Source of the DNA: Alphaproteobacteria bacterium | GTDB lineage: Bacteria > Pseudomonadota > Alphaproteobacteria > UBA6615 | Assembly: GCA_965261975.1 (NCBI GenBank) | Contig: CBDHEC010000040.1 | Location: 1 to 55,694, forward strand | Reading direction: 5' to 3' | Length of the DNA stretch: 55,694 bases | Shown: positions 27,178-37,173 of the stretch, one piece after another | Position numbering within the stretch: the first letter of the stretch is position 1 | Layout: every line of letters begins with the position of its first letter | Notes under the pieces: model-generated | What the model saw: only the letters and a program-made list of their open reading frames with translations | Databases searched by the model: none | What the model was told of the DNA's origin: nothing | Program-made: the position numbers and the translations under genes

Positions 27178-28268
27178 GTGAATTACAACGAGCCGGACAT
27201 ATCCTGACACCCGAGGGGTGGGTCGACGGTCGGATCGACTTTGACAGCCATATCGTGAACATCGAAGCGGGTGATGTGCCGGCGGATGCGCCATATGTCA
27301 TTCCGGGTTTCGTCGACCTGCACGTGCCCGGCGGCGGCGGGGCCGACGTGATGCAGGGCGAGGGTGCGGTGCGAACCGCAGCGCAGTTGCACGCCCGGCA
27401 CGGGACCACGTCGTTCCTGCCGGCGACCATCACGGCCCCCGAAGACGAGCTGATCGCCGCGCTGGCGGGCATCGGCAAGGTGCAGACGGAACGCCAGCCT
27501 GGCGAAGCACGGGTTCTCGGCGCACATATGGAAGGCCCCTACATCAACGAGGATAGGCTTGGCGCCCAGCCACCCTTTGCCCGCGACCCCGACCCGGCAT
27601 TCATCGAGGCCATCACGGGTGAAAGCGTTGTGAAGCTCGTGACCCTGGCACCCGAAATAGCCGGCGGTCTCGAGATCATTGATCAACTGGTGGCGGCGGG
27701 TCTGGTCGTCCAAATCGGTCATTCCGACGCCGATTATGAGATGGCGTGCGCGGCTTTGGCGGCGGGCGCGCGCGGTTTCACCCATCTGTTCAACGCGATG
27801 TCGCCGTTGCATCATCGTGCCCCGGGTGTCGCCGGGGCGGCGCTGGCACATGGGGAGTATGCCGCGCTCATCCCTGATGGTTTTCATGTCGCGCCAGGGG
27901 CGATCAAGGCTGCGCTACGGGCCATCCCCAAGCTTTTTGCCGTGAGCGATGCAACCGCCGCCGCCGGGATGCCCGACGGCGAATATCCGCTCGGCAGCCA
28001 CACCGTGACCAAGCGCGATGGTGGTGTGTTTCTGGAAGACGGCACGCTTGCCGGCAGCGCCCTGACGATGGACCAGGCATTGCTGAATTTGCTGGAATTG
28101 GGGTTGCCGCTGGACGAAGCCAGCCGACGCACCTCGACCTATCCCGCCGACTTTATCGGCCGCGTGGACCGCGGGCGCATTCAATCGGACGCCTGGGCCG
28201 ATCTTGTGCTGCTGGACGGGGCGCATCGACTGGTCGAGGTCGTTGTCGAAGGTGAGACGGTCGGCTGA
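27174..28268 (+). CDS. nagA: N-acetylglucosamine-6-phosphate deacetylase
   Basis: PGFVDLH, GAHMEGPYI, TLAPE, GHSDA, FTHLFNAM, LAGSALTMDQA. Confidence 0.93.
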   Translation: MSELQRAGHILTPEGWVDGRIDFDSHIVNIEAGDVPADAPYVIPGFVDLHVPGGGGADVMQGEGAVRTAAQLHARHGTTSFLPATITAPEDELIAALAGIGKVQTERQPGEARVLGAHMEGPYINEDRLGAQPPFARDPDPAFIEAITGESVVKLVTLAPEIAGGLEIIDQLVAAGLVVQIGHSDADYEMACAALAAGARGFTHLFNAMSPLHHRAPGVAGAALAHGEYAALIPDGFHVAPGAIKAALRAIPKLFAVSDATAAAGMPDGEYPLGSHTVTKRDGGVFLEDGTLAGSALTMDQALLNLLELGLPLDEASRRTSTYPADFIGRVDRGRIQSDAWADLVLLDGAHRLVEVVVEGETVG

Positions 28269-28284
28269 GTACGGGTCGCTAATC

Positions 28285-29418
28285 CTATCGCCAGTCTCGC
28301 AATATGGCCTCGGCGGATATCCCGGCCTCGAGCTGGGTTCGTAGATCGGAACGTCCGAACAGCACGTCGATCGCCATGTCGGATTTCGACCCCGCTGCGG
28401 GCAGCCAGGCAAAATCTTCGTAGTTTTGCATTAGCCAGGAAAGCAGATACACGCCGAGTGCAAGCGGCTCGTGACGCGGTGCGCGCCGGGGCCAGAGGCC
28501 GATGCCGGGGACCGGCCGACCCGCGCTGGGCGGCCGGGTGAAGAATATCTCGCCGGGCGCAGCACCAAAGCCTGTTGGCCATTCGTTCACGGCACGCGCA
28601 AGCCCGTCGGCATCCAGTCCCGGTGCGGCGAGCGCGCGAAAGGAGACGGACGTGCCCCGCCCTTCGCTGACATTGGTGGCCTCAAGCAGTACCAGTCCGG
28701 CATAGGCCGCCACTGCATCGGGGTGCGACAAGGCCGGCGAAGGCGGTATCCAGCCCAGCGGCGGTTGCAGGGAAACGTCCGCCGGATAGACGGCGAACGG
28801 CGCCTGGGTGATTACCGGTGCGATGGCGAGTGCGATGAGTTCACCGATCGTTCGGCCATGGACAAACGGGACGTCAAAATAGGCGAGCAGTGATTTTCGT
28901 TCCGGTTCGGGCCGGGGGCCTTCTGTTCTCGGACCAAGCGGGTTGACGCGATCACAGACGATGACTTCGATGTGGCGCTCGAGTGCGGCCGTGGCAAACC
29001 GGGCGGCCGTGGCCGCATAGGTGTAGCAACGCACTCCCACGTCACGCAGATCGATGATCAACGCATCGAGCCCCTCCAAGACCGCGTCCGCATTGTTTTC
29101 AGCGCCCTCATAGAGGCTATGGACGGGAAGTCCGGTCAGCGGGTCCTCGCTGTTGCTTACGGCTTCGCCGGCACCTGCCGACAGTTGCATGCCATGCTCA
29201 GGCGTAAACAGGCGCAGGCTGCTGGCCCCATGGGTGTCGAGGCTCTGCTTTATCGCCTGGGTCGCGGGGACCTGATCCACTGTGGTGCAGGCATGATTGG
29301 TGAGCAGGCCGACCTGCCGGGCGGCCAGGCGTCGGACCATCGTCTCGTCGGATAGCAATCTGTCGAGACCGGACAACGCGCGTTTTCGATTGTCTGCGTG
29401 TGTGTCCGTGCTGTTCAT
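28285..29418 (-). CDS. namZ: Exo-beta-N-acetylmuramidase NamZ-like (YbbC family)
   Basis: VGLLTNH, FTPEHG, DLRDVGVRCYTY, DRVNPLG, HGRTIGEL, WIPPSP, SEGRGT. Confidence 0.85.
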   Translation of the reverse strand: MNSTDTHADNRKRALSGLDRLLSDETMVRRLAARQVGLLTNHACTTVDQVPATQAIKQSLDTHGASSLRLFTPEHGMQLSAGAGEAVSNSEDPLTGLPVHSLYEGAENNADAVLEGLDALIIDLRDVGVRCYTYAATAARFATAALERHIEVIVCDRVNPLGPRTEGPRPEPERKSLLAYFDVPFVHGRTIGELIALAIAPVITQAPFAVYPADVSLQPPLGWIPPSPALSHPDAVAAYAGLVLLEATNVSEGRGTSVSFRALAAPGLDADGLARAVNEWPTGFGAAPGEIFFTRPPSAGRPVPGIGLWPRRAPRHEPLALGVYLLSWLMQNYEDFAWLPAAGSKSDMAIDVLFGRSDLRTQLEAGISAEAILRDWR

Positions 29419-29470
29419 CTGGACAGCCTAACGGCGTGGTGAGCAGGGGACAACGCACCCCGCCATCGCG

Positions 29471-29794
29471 TCAGGCCAGCCGGTTGAAGATTATGCCGCC
29501 GTGGATGACGGTCTCATCTTGCGAAGCCTTCTCTGCGGGGAACCTCCGGATCACCTCACCCGTCTCCGGGTCGAGTATTTCAAGAAAGACTTCCGCTTCG
29601 ACCAGGTCATAGGTCAGGCGCGCCTGGAACTTCCGTTGGATGGGCTCTGGCAGCTTAATCGGTTCCGGTATGCCCGGTTTCTCGACCAGCTCGGCGTTTC
29701 GCGTTGTTGCCTCACCACGGCCTGGCGGGATCACCATGGCGCGTGGATCGCCCAGGCCCGAAATGTGTTCGCTCGCGCTCATTTGCCGTTCCAC
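29471..29794 (-). CDS. FlaG-like protein
   Basis: EILDPETGEVIRRFPAE motif. Confidence 0.65.
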   Translation of the reverse strand: MERQMSASEHISGLGDPRAMVIPPGRGEATTRNAELVEKPGIPEPIKLPEPIQRKFQARLTYDLVEAEVFLEILDPETGEVIRRFPAEKASQDETVIHGGIIFNRLA

Positions 29795-29977
29795 GGAACC
29801 ATCTGACGTCCTCTCCCAGGCCGCGGCAAAATTTTTGCCCTGGCCTCATCGCGTCACTGGTTTGGTCCGGTTGGCGGCAATTCGCAAACAGGATCGCATC
29901 GAGTTTTAGAATGCTGATTTTTGGCTGTTATCGAGAAGAATATGCGCAGGAATTCGCGAAAATTCTCTCGATACGGG

Positions 29978-30319
29978 CTAGCCGACGGTTCGCAGCCGGG
30001 GCTTGCTCTTGATCGCGTCGAGAACCGTGTCCAGGTTTTCGCTCTGTTTCAGGCGTTGCGGCCCGCGCGACACGGCATAGAGCGGCGGTCGGCCGCTCCT
30101 GCCCGGGGACTTCTCGATCGAATAAAGTGGATGCTCGGCGGTGTGCCGGAAGACCGAGAAAACAGCGCGGTCGCGGGTGAAATCCATCGCGTAGTCCCGC
30201 CACTCACCGGCCGCGACACGCCGACTGTATTCATTCAGAAGAATTCGAAGTTCGTTTCGGTTGAACGTAACCTGGCCTGCCTTGCGATTGGTTTTATGCA
30301 GGGTCTGATGGGTACTCAT
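29978..30319 (-). CDS. DUF2794-like protein
   Basis: FNRNELRILLNEYSRRVAAGEWRDYAMD..AVFSVFR. Confidence 0.85.
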   Translation of the reverse strand: MSTHQTLHKTNRKAGQVTFNRNELRILLNEYSRRVAAGEWRDYAMDFTRDRAVFSVFRHTAEHPLYSIEKSPGRSGRPPLYAVSRGPQRLKQSENLDTVLDAIKSKPRLRTVG

Positions 30320-30402
30320 GAGTGGAACGCTCGCCCGTGTTCGTTGAGTGGCTGATGGGTCAAGTTTTCCTGATTTTCAGAGACCTGTCCAGCGATCGCG
30401 GT

Positions 30403-30729
30403 TCAGGGCGCGCGGCGGGTCTCAGTTTCAAACCGATTCGCGACCTCGTAGCAGGTCGTACGTGCGATCGATTGATAGCAAACGAGGTTCGGTTGTTCGC
30501 CGGATTCCTCGCTTCGTCGGGGCTGACACCAGGCCTGGCCGCGCAACGAGTGACGGAATGTACATTCGTCACCGGTCGCGTAGGACATGACATGATCCGA
30601 CACGGTTTTCCCCGAATCGATCATCGACACAACGCTCGCGCCGCCGAGCGCGAGCGACGCCGGGTCTGCGCACCCCGCCAGGGCGAGAGGTGCAGCGATT
30701 GCCAGTATGGTTTGAACGCCCGGTCGCAT
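30403..30729 (-). CDS. Putative lipoprotein
   Basis: LALAGC lipobox; GKTVSDHVMS..TGDEC, CYQSI..TCY. Confidence 0.7.
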   Translation of the reverse strand: MRPGVQTILAIAAPLALAGCADPASLALGGASVVSMIDSGKTVSDHVMSYATGDECTFRHSLRGQAWCQPRRSEESGEQPNLVCYQSIARTTCYEVANRFETETRRAP

Positions 30730-30900
30730 GGTCGGTTTTTCCCGTGTTGGGGTGTGATTGTGTCAGCGACGGGTTAAAAAATGGTATGACGCCATACCGA
30801 CTTCGATCAAAACGCCGTTAAACGGTTGCTTTCGGTACGTTGTGCGGCGATATAGCGACGTGAGACAATCTCGCGAAGTTCTTGAAAAGGAATTGTTTTC

Positions 30901-31548
30901 GTGTCTGATCAACAGCTCTTCCGCGAAGTTGACGAGGAAGTCCGCCAGGACCGCTATGAGCAGCTCTGGAAGACCTATGGCATCTATGTGGTAATTGCCG
31001 TGGTGCTGATCGTCGGTGGGACGATCGCCTTCGTCCTCTGGCGCGATGCCCAAGTGAGTGCACGCGACGCCGACAGCACGCGGTTCCTGGACGCGGTGGT
31101 GCAGGAGAGTGAGCAGGCGGATATGGCGCTGCAGGAACTTCGTGCTCTGGCGCAGGATGGCACGCCCGCTTACAGGTTCCTGGCACAGTTGCGCGAAGCG
31201 CGGCTGTTGGCGACACAGGGTGACAAGGCTCAAGCCCTCGCGATCTTCGATTCTGTCGCCGCGGATTCTGACTTGCGCGGCACCTACCGTGACCTCGCGC
31301 GCCTCCTGGCCGTTGCCAACGGGCTGGATGTCTTGTCGCAAAGCGAGGTCGAGGAACGTATTGGACCGCTGAATACCGCGGACAATCCCTTCCGGGTGAC
31401 CGCCCGCGAATTTCTCGCTGTTGCGGCGATTCAGGCCGGCGAACGCGAGCGGGCCGCGGAATTGTTGCGCGCGAACCAGACCGATCCGTCGGCACCGGTC
31501 GCTTCGCGCGCGCGTGCCACTGAACTGCTCACGGCAATCGGGCTTTGA
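30901..31548 (+). CDS. YfgM-like TPR membrane protein
   Basis: FREVDEEVRQD..LWKTYG plus TM helix; upstream of bamB-der. Confidence 0.85.
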   Translation: MSDQQLFREVDEEVRQDRYEQLWKTYGIYVVIAVVLIVGGTIAFVLWRDAQVSARDADSTRFLDAVVQESEQADMALQELRALAQDGTPAYRFLAQLREARLLATQGDKAQALAIFDSVAADSDLRGTYRDLARLLAVANGLDVLSQSEVEERIGPLNTADNPFRVTAREFLAVAAIQAGERERAAELLRANQTDPSAPVASRARATELLTAIGL

Positions 31549-32894
31549 TGATGTTTGCGAACATGTGCCGGTCCACGCGAAGATCTTGGCTTCTGCCGGT
31601 GATGCTGGTCACGCTGGCAGCGTGCGATACATTCGATTTCCTGGGTGCCAGTGACGACGCTCCCTTGCCCGGTGAGCGTATCGCGGTATTGCAGGCGCAG
31701 GACCGAATCTCGGCATCGCCGCGTGTCGCCGATTTGTCCATCCGCCTGCCGCGCCCCCAGATCAATGAGGACTGGCCCCAGCAGGGCGGGTTCGCGAACC
31801 ATGCCATGCACCATCTTTCCCTGGCGGGCGCACCCCAGGAAACTTGGTCGCGTAGCGTGGGCTCCGGCGGTGATGATGATGCCCCGATCCTGTCGGGCCC
31901 TGTCGTTGCCAATGGCTTGGTTTATGCGATGGATTCCGACGCGGTTGTGACCGCGCGACGCGCCGATAACGGGGAGACGGTCTGGTCTGCCGACATCGAG
32001 CCGGAAGACGAGGACGATGGTAACTGGGGCGGCGGTGTTGCCTATGACCTGGGCCGGGTTTACGCAGGGACCGGCTTTGCTCAGGTCGTGGCGCTCGACG
32101 CCGCGACGGGCCGTGAGTTGTGGCGCACAGCCGTGTCGGGTCCGATGCGCTCTGCCCCGACGGCTTTCGGCGGGAAGGTCTATGCCATCACGAAGGACAA
32201 CCAGCTGTTTGCTATCGATGCCGAGCAGGGGGAAGTTGACTGGACCCACACCGGTATCGAAGAAGGTGCGGGCCTGATCGGGTCTTCGAGCGCCGCAGTC
32301 GATGGCGATATCGTTATCGTTCCCTATTCGTCGGGCGAGATTTTCGCGCTCCGCGCCGAGAATGGTCGCCAGCTCTGGAGCGACAACCTGGCGGCAATCC
32401 GGCGTGTTGACGCAGTTTCCGCACTGGCCGATATCCGTGGGCGTCCGGTCGTCGACCGGGGGCGTGTCTATGCCATCAGTCATTCCGGCCGCATGGTTGC
32501 GATTGACCTGGCCAGCGGACGGCGTGTCTGGGAGGCGGAAGTCGGCGGCGTGAACCAGCCGTGGATCGCAGGAAACTTCCTTTATGTGGTCAGCACCGAA
32601 GGCGATGTTGTGGCCATGGTTGCCGAGAACGGCCTCGTTCGGTGGGTCACGCCCTTGGGCCGCTTCGAGGACCCGGAAGACCGTGACGGCTTGATCAACT
32701 GGTCCGGTCCGGTGCTCGCCAGCGACCGCCTGATTGTGACCGGCAGCCACGGTGTCGCCGTTGCGTTATCGCCCTATACCGGCGAAATCATCGGCGAGAT
32801 CGAAATGCCCGGCGATGTCTCGTTACCGCCGATCCTGGCAAACGAGACCCTTTACTTCCAGACCGACGGCGCGCGCCTGATCGCGTACCGATAG
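31545..32894 (+). CDS. BamB-like PQQ beta-propeller lipoprotein
   Basis: LAAC lipobox, LPGERIAVL, repeated A.DA.TG..LW blades. Confidence 0.88.
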   Translation: MMMFANMCRSTRRSWLLPVMLVTLAACDTFDFLGASDDAPLPGERIAVLQAQDRISASPRVADLSIRLPRPQINEDWPQQGGFANHAMHHLSLAGAPQETWSRSVGSGGDDDAPILSGPVVANGLVYAMDSDAVVTARRADNGETVWSADIEPEDEDDGNWGGGVAYDLGRVYAGTGFAQVVALDAATGRELWRTAVSGPMRSAPTAFGGKVYAITKDNQLFAIDAEQGEVDWTHTGIEEGAGLIGSSSAAVDGDIVIVPYSSGEIFALRAENGRQLWSDNLAAIRRVDAVSALADIRGRPVVDRGRVYAISHSGRMVAIDLASGRRVWEAEVGGVNQPWIAGNFLYVVSTEGDVVAMVAENGLVRWVTPLGRFEDPEDRDGLINWSGPVLASDRLIVTGSHGVAVALSPYTGEIIGEIEMPGDVSLPPILANETLYFQTDGARLIAYR

Positions 32895-32912
32895 GGCGCG
32901 CGGATACCTGTC

Positions 32913-34274
32913 ATGCAACCGACCGTTGTCATTGTCGGGCGTCCCAACGTCGGAAAATCGACCCTGTTCAACCGATTGGTCGGACGGCGCGAGGCGCTGG
33001 TCGACGACAGGCCCGGGGTCACGCGAGATCGTCGCGAAGGGCAGGGCTCCATGGGAGACCTGGAGTTCCGGATTGTCGATACGGCGGGGCTGGAAGAAGC
33101 TTTCGATGATAGCCTCCCGGCGCGAATGCGACGCCAAACGGAACAGGCGTTGGACGAGGCCGACGTGGTTTTCATGGTTTTCGACGCGCGCGCGGGAATC
33201 ACGCCGCTCGATGAACAATTTGCCAGCTGGCTGCGCAGCCGTGCTGCAAATGTCTTCCTGGTTGCGAACAAGTGCGAGGGCCGTGCCGGTGAAAGCGGTG
33301 TTCTCGAATCCTATGCGTTGGGGCTGGGTGACCCGATCGCGATCTCGGCCGAACATGGGGAGGGTATTCATCTCCTTTTCGACCCGATCGCGGCGGCGGC
33401 TCCTTCAGATGACGACGCGACTTGGGAAGACACCGGCGCAGACCCGGATGGCGATACATCCGTCCTTCGGCTGGCGATCGTGGGCCGGCCGAATGTCGGC
33501 AAGTCGACCCTGATCAACACCATACTTGGACAGGACCGGCTTCTGACGGGGCCCGAAGCCGGGATTACCCGCGATGCGATCTCGGTGGAGTGGATGTTCG
33601 AAGATCAGCGCATAGCACTGGTCGACACCGCGGGTATGCGTCGCAAGGCGCGGATCGATGAGAAACTCGAGAAACTCTCGGTCGGGAACTCGCTTCATGC
33701 CATCCAGTACGCACATGTGGTGGCGCTCGTGCTCGACGCCGAGCAGATGCTCGAGCGTCAGGACCTGGCGATTGCCCGGCACGTCATCGAGGAAGGCCGC
33801 GCCTTCGTGATCGTCGTCAACAAATGGGACCTGATCACCGACCACAAGGCCGCGCTTGGCCTATTGCATGACCGAATGCAGGTGTCGCTGCCCCAGGGTG
33901 CGGGCACGCCGATTGTGACCCTTTCTGCCACAACCGGTCGCGGTCTCGAGAAGCTGATGCCGGCGGTGCTGGGGGCCTATAAGGATTGGAACCTGCGCGT
34001 TACGACCTCGGAGTTGAATGCGTGGTTGAATGACTCGATCGAGCGCCATCCGCCGCCGCTGGCCGCGAACAAGCGCCCGATCCGCCTGCGCTACGCGACC
34101 CAGGCGAAGGCGCGGCCCCCGACGGTTGTGTTGTTCGGCAATCGGCCCGAAGATCTGCCGACCAGCTACATTCGCTACCTGGAGAACAGTTTTCGCACGC
34201 GTTTCAACCTGGAGGGCACGCCGATCCGGGTGCACACCCGCAAAGGCGAAAACCCGTATCACGACAAGAATTAG
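32913..34274 (+). CDS. der: Ribosome biogenesis GTPase Der
   Basis: Two GRPNVGKSTL G-domains with DTAG and NKxD/E motifs. Confidence 0.97.
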   Translation: MQPTVVIVGRPNVGKSTLFNRLVGRREALVDDRPGVTRDRREGQGSMGDLEFRIVDTAGLEEAFDDSLPARMRRQTEQALDEADVVFMVFDARAGITPLDEQFASWLRSRAANVFLVANKCEGRAGESGVLESYALGLGDPIAISAEHGEGIHLLFDPIAAAAPSDDDATWEDTGADPDGDTSVLRLAIVGRPNVGKSTLINTILGQDRLLTGPEAGITRDAISVEWMFEDQRIALVDTAGMRRKARIDEKLEKLSVGNSLHAIQYAHVVALVLDAEQMLERQDLAIARHVIEEGRAFVIVVNKWDLITDHKAALGLLHDRMQVSLPQGAGTPIVTLSATTGRGLEKLMPAVLGAYKDWNLRVTTSELNAWLNDSIERHPPPLAANKRPIRLRYATQAKARPPTVVLFGNRPEDLPTSYIRYLENSFRTRFNLEGTPIRVHTRKGENPYHDKN

Positions 34275-34297
34275 GTCTTAGCTGAGGTGTGGCGCGC

Positions 34298-35023
34298 TCA
34301 GGCGAGGTCGATCAACTCGTCATGCCGGGTGCAGCTCGGTGACGCCAGTTCCACGAAGGTGCCGGTGATATCCTCGGGTGTCTTGAGGGTCTCCGGGTCT
34401 TCGCCGGGGAAGACGACCGCGCGCATGCCGGTCCGCGTGGCGCCGGGGTTGAGCAGATTGACCCGCACATCCGTGTCCGCGAGTTCCGATGCCCAGACAT
34501 GGACAAGCGTCTCCAGGGCCGCCTTGGTCACCGCATAGGCCCCCCAAAAGGCGCGGGGATTGGATGCCGCACCGCTGGTGACCATGATCGCGCGCCCGGC
34601 ATCCGAACGGCGTAGCAACGGGTCCAGCGTGCGAATCAGGCGCCAGTTTGCATGCACGTTGACGTCGAACACCTCGTGCCAGGCCTTGGCGTCATAGTGG
34701 GTGAGGGGTGTCATCTCGCCGAGCACGCCGGCGTTGCCGACCAGGATATCCAGCTTGTCGAAACGTTCCAGGAGCGCCGGCCCCAGGGTGTCGATCGCCT
34801 CGAATTCCGTAAGGTCGCACGGCACGAGCGTGGCTTGGCCCCCCGCGCCCTGGATCGCGTCGTCGATTTCTTCCAGGCCACCCACCGTGCGTGCGAGCAG
34901 AATCACGTGCGCACCCTCGGCGGCAAACCGCTTGGCGACCGCCGCGCCGACCCCGCGCGACGCACCCGTAATGAGAGCCACACGGCCTGCGAGTGCGCCT
35001 GTGATTGGGTTCGTTTCTGACAT
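34298..35023 (-). CDS. SDR oxidoreductase (YciK-like)
   Basis: TGASRGVG, YAVTK, NPGATRTGMRA. Confidence 0.88.
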   Translation of the reverse strand: MSETNPITGALAGRVALITGASRGVGAAVAKRFAAEGAHVILLARTVGGLEEIDDAIQGAGGQATLVPCDLTEFEAIDTLGPALLERFDKLDILVGNAGVLGEMTPLTHYDAKAWHEVFDVNVHANWRLIRTLDPLLRRSDAGRAIMVTSGAASNPRAFWGAYAVTKAALETLVHVWASELADTDVRVNLLNPGATRTGMRAVVFPGEDPETLKTPEDITGTFVELASPSCTRHDELIDLA

Positions 35024-35032
35024 TCCTGTTAC

Positions 35033-36508
35033 CTAGGCCAGTTCGGCGAGGAGCGACATCTGTGATGTGTTGTCGGTGTCGTTCATATCGGTAAGTGTGA
35101 TCGGATACTCGCCGCTGAAGCAGGCGTCGCAATATTGCGGCGATTCGGCGTCGCGGCCTGCCTCACCCATGGCGCGGTAGAGCCCGTCCATGGACACGTA
35201 GGCGAGACTGTCGGCACCGATGAGCTTGCGAATTTCCTCGACGTCGTTGTTTGCGGCCAGGAGTTCGGACTCCTGTGGCGTGTCGATGCCATAGAAACAG
35301 GGACTTCTCGTGGGCGGGCTCGAAATCCGGACATGCACTTCGGCCGCACCGGCGTTGCGAACCATCTCGACAATCTTCTGGGAGGTGGTGCCCCGGACGA
35401 TGCTGTCGTCGACGAGAATAACGCGCTGGCCATCGAGTTGGCCGCGGTTGGCGTTGTGTTTCAACCGGACACCGAGATGGCGGATTTCGTCTGTCGGCTC
35501 GATGAAAGTGCGCCCGACATAATGGTTGCGGATCAGGCCGAGTTCGAAGGGGATGCCAGCTTCCGCCGCATACCCAATTGCCGCCGGCACACCGCTGTCT
35601 GGGACGGGGATGACCAGGTCGGCTTCGACGGGAGTTTCCCGTGCGATCTCGGCGCCGATCGCCTTGCGGGCTTCATAGACGTTCTTGCCGTCGACATTGG
35701 AATCCGGCCGCGCGAAGTAGATGTATTCGAAGATGCAGAAGCGTTTGCGCATCGGCGGGGTCGGCTTGTGTGAGTGGAGGCCGTCATCGTCGACGATGAT
35801 GATCTCTCCCGGCTCGACGTCGCGCACAAAATCCGCGCCGATGATGTCGAGCGCGCAGGTTTCGGAGGCCAGGACCCAGGCGTCGCCAACTTTCCCCAGC
35901 ACCAGCGGGCGGACGCCGAGCGGGTCACGCGCGCCGATCAGTTTGCGGCGCGATAATGCGACGAGCGAATAGGCGCCGTCGATGGCACGCAACGCCTCTA
36001 TGACCCGGTCGAGAAGGCGTGCCTCCTGGCTGGTGGCGATCAGATGCTGGATCACCTCCGTATCCATCGTCGACTGGAAGAGGGAGCCCGCCTGGACGAG
36101 CTCGCGGCGCAATTGGCGCGCGTTGGTCAGGTTTCCGTTATGCGCCAGCGCCAGCCCGCCGAAGCTATAATCCGCGTAGAGCGGCTGCACGTTGCGCAAC
36201 ACCGTCTCGCCGGCGGTGGAGTAGCGGTTGTGTCCGATCGCGGAGTCGCCGGGCATCCGGTCGATGACCTCCCGGTCACTGAAGATATCGCCGACAAGGC
36301 CCATCGAACGGTGCGGGTGAAAGCGCTTGCCGTCATAGGAGACGATGCCCGCGGCTTCTTGTCCGCGGTGTTGCAGGGCATGCAGGCCGAGCGCGGTAAA
36401 AGCGGCTGCATCCTCGGTGCCGAAGACGCCGAATACGCCACATTCTTCGTGGAACTTGTCCGGGTCGCTGCCGGCCTGGAACGGGTGGGTTGTAAACATA
36501 TCGGTCAC
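35033..36508 (-). CDS. purF: Amidophosphoribosyltransferase
   Basis: EECGVFG, LQHRGQEAAGI, GHNRYST, VDDSIVRGTT. Confidence 0.98.
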   Translation of the reverse strand: MTDMFTTHPFQAGSDPDKFHEECGVFGVFGTEDAAAFTALGLHALQHRGQEAAGIVSYDGKRFHPHRSMGLVGDIFSDREVIDRMPGDSAIGHNRYSTAGETVLRNVQPLYADYSFGGLALAHNGNLTNARQLRRELVQAGSLFQSTMDTEVIQHLIATSQEARLLDRVIEALRAIDGAYSLVALSRRKLIGARDPLGVRPLVLGKVGDAWVLASETCALDIIGADFVRDVEPGEIIIVDDDGLHSHKPTPPMRKRFCIFEYIYFARPDSNVDGKNVYEARKAIGAEIARETPVEADLVIPVPDSGVPAAIGYAAEAGIPFELGLIRNHYVGRTFIEPTDEIRHLGVRLKHNANRGQLDGQRVILVDDSIVRGTTSQKIVEMVRNAGAAEVHVRISSPPTRSPCFYGIDTPQESELLAANNDVEEIRKLIGADSLAYVSMDGLYRAMGEAGRDAESPQYCDACFSGEYPITLTDMNDTDNTSQMSLLAELA

Positions 36509-37170
36509 TGGTTCCGCCGGATCAGATCTTCGAGGCCATCGCGCTCTCGCTCGTTATACCCTTCTTGCGGCTGTGGCGCAGAGGTTTCGGGGGGGCGCGT
36601 GAGCCGGTCGAGGGCCTCGCGCGCGGCATCGATGTCGTTGGCCCGCTGCTGGGCGCGTTCCAGCGCATTGCCCGTATCGCCAATGATCTTCGCCGGCAGC
36701 AATTCCTTGACCAGAAGCGCGCCGCGCTCGACCACCGGGAGGGTGCGAGCGGTCTCCACCCAAGGGGGCGGATCGTCGCCGAAGACGTCGCTGAGGAAAA
36801 GGAACGCGACGGAAATCACAATTCCCGCGGTGGCGAGTCCGGCCAGCAGGCCAAGCGAGCGATCCAGTGCGTTGAGCCGGCCGGCACGGACCCACCCGCT
36901 GAGCATGTGGCTCAATAGATGAAGCACAATCAGCGCGACAATGAACAATGCCGCGCCGGCAACCAGACCGGCCAACCATTCCGGGATGATATACTGGTTG
37001 GCAATGGGGGAGACATACTCAAGCCCGAATATCGTGATCAGGCCGGCACCGATCCAGGACGCGACGAACAGGCCGCCGCGCACGAATCCGGTGACCAGCC
37101 CGAAGAGAGCGCCCAGGAAGATGGTCGCAAGCACGGCAATATCGAAGATGCTGAAGCCGCCGAATTCCAT
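36505..37170 (-). CDS. cvpA: CvpA family membrane protein
   Basis: Hydrophobic protein with GFVR and LDRSLG; between radA and purF. Confidence 0.88.
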   Translation of the reverse strand: MEFGGFSIFDIAVLATIFLGALFGLVTGFVRGGLFVASWIGAGLITIFGLEYVSPIANQYIIPEWLAGLVAGAALFIVALIVLHLLSHMLSGWVRAGRLNALDRSLGLLAGLATAGIVISVAFLFLSDVFGDDPPPWVETARTLPVVERGALLVKELLPAKIIGDTGNALERAQQRANDIDAAREALDRLTRPPETSAPQPQEGYNERERDGLEDLIRRNQ

Positions 37171-37173
37171 GGC

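Noticed and set aside
27174-28268. NagA inactivation because of DLHVPG instead of DLHVHG
   Set aside because: This position varies among NagA enzymes, and the main metal and catalytic motifs (EGP, GH, THLFNAM, SDA) are present.
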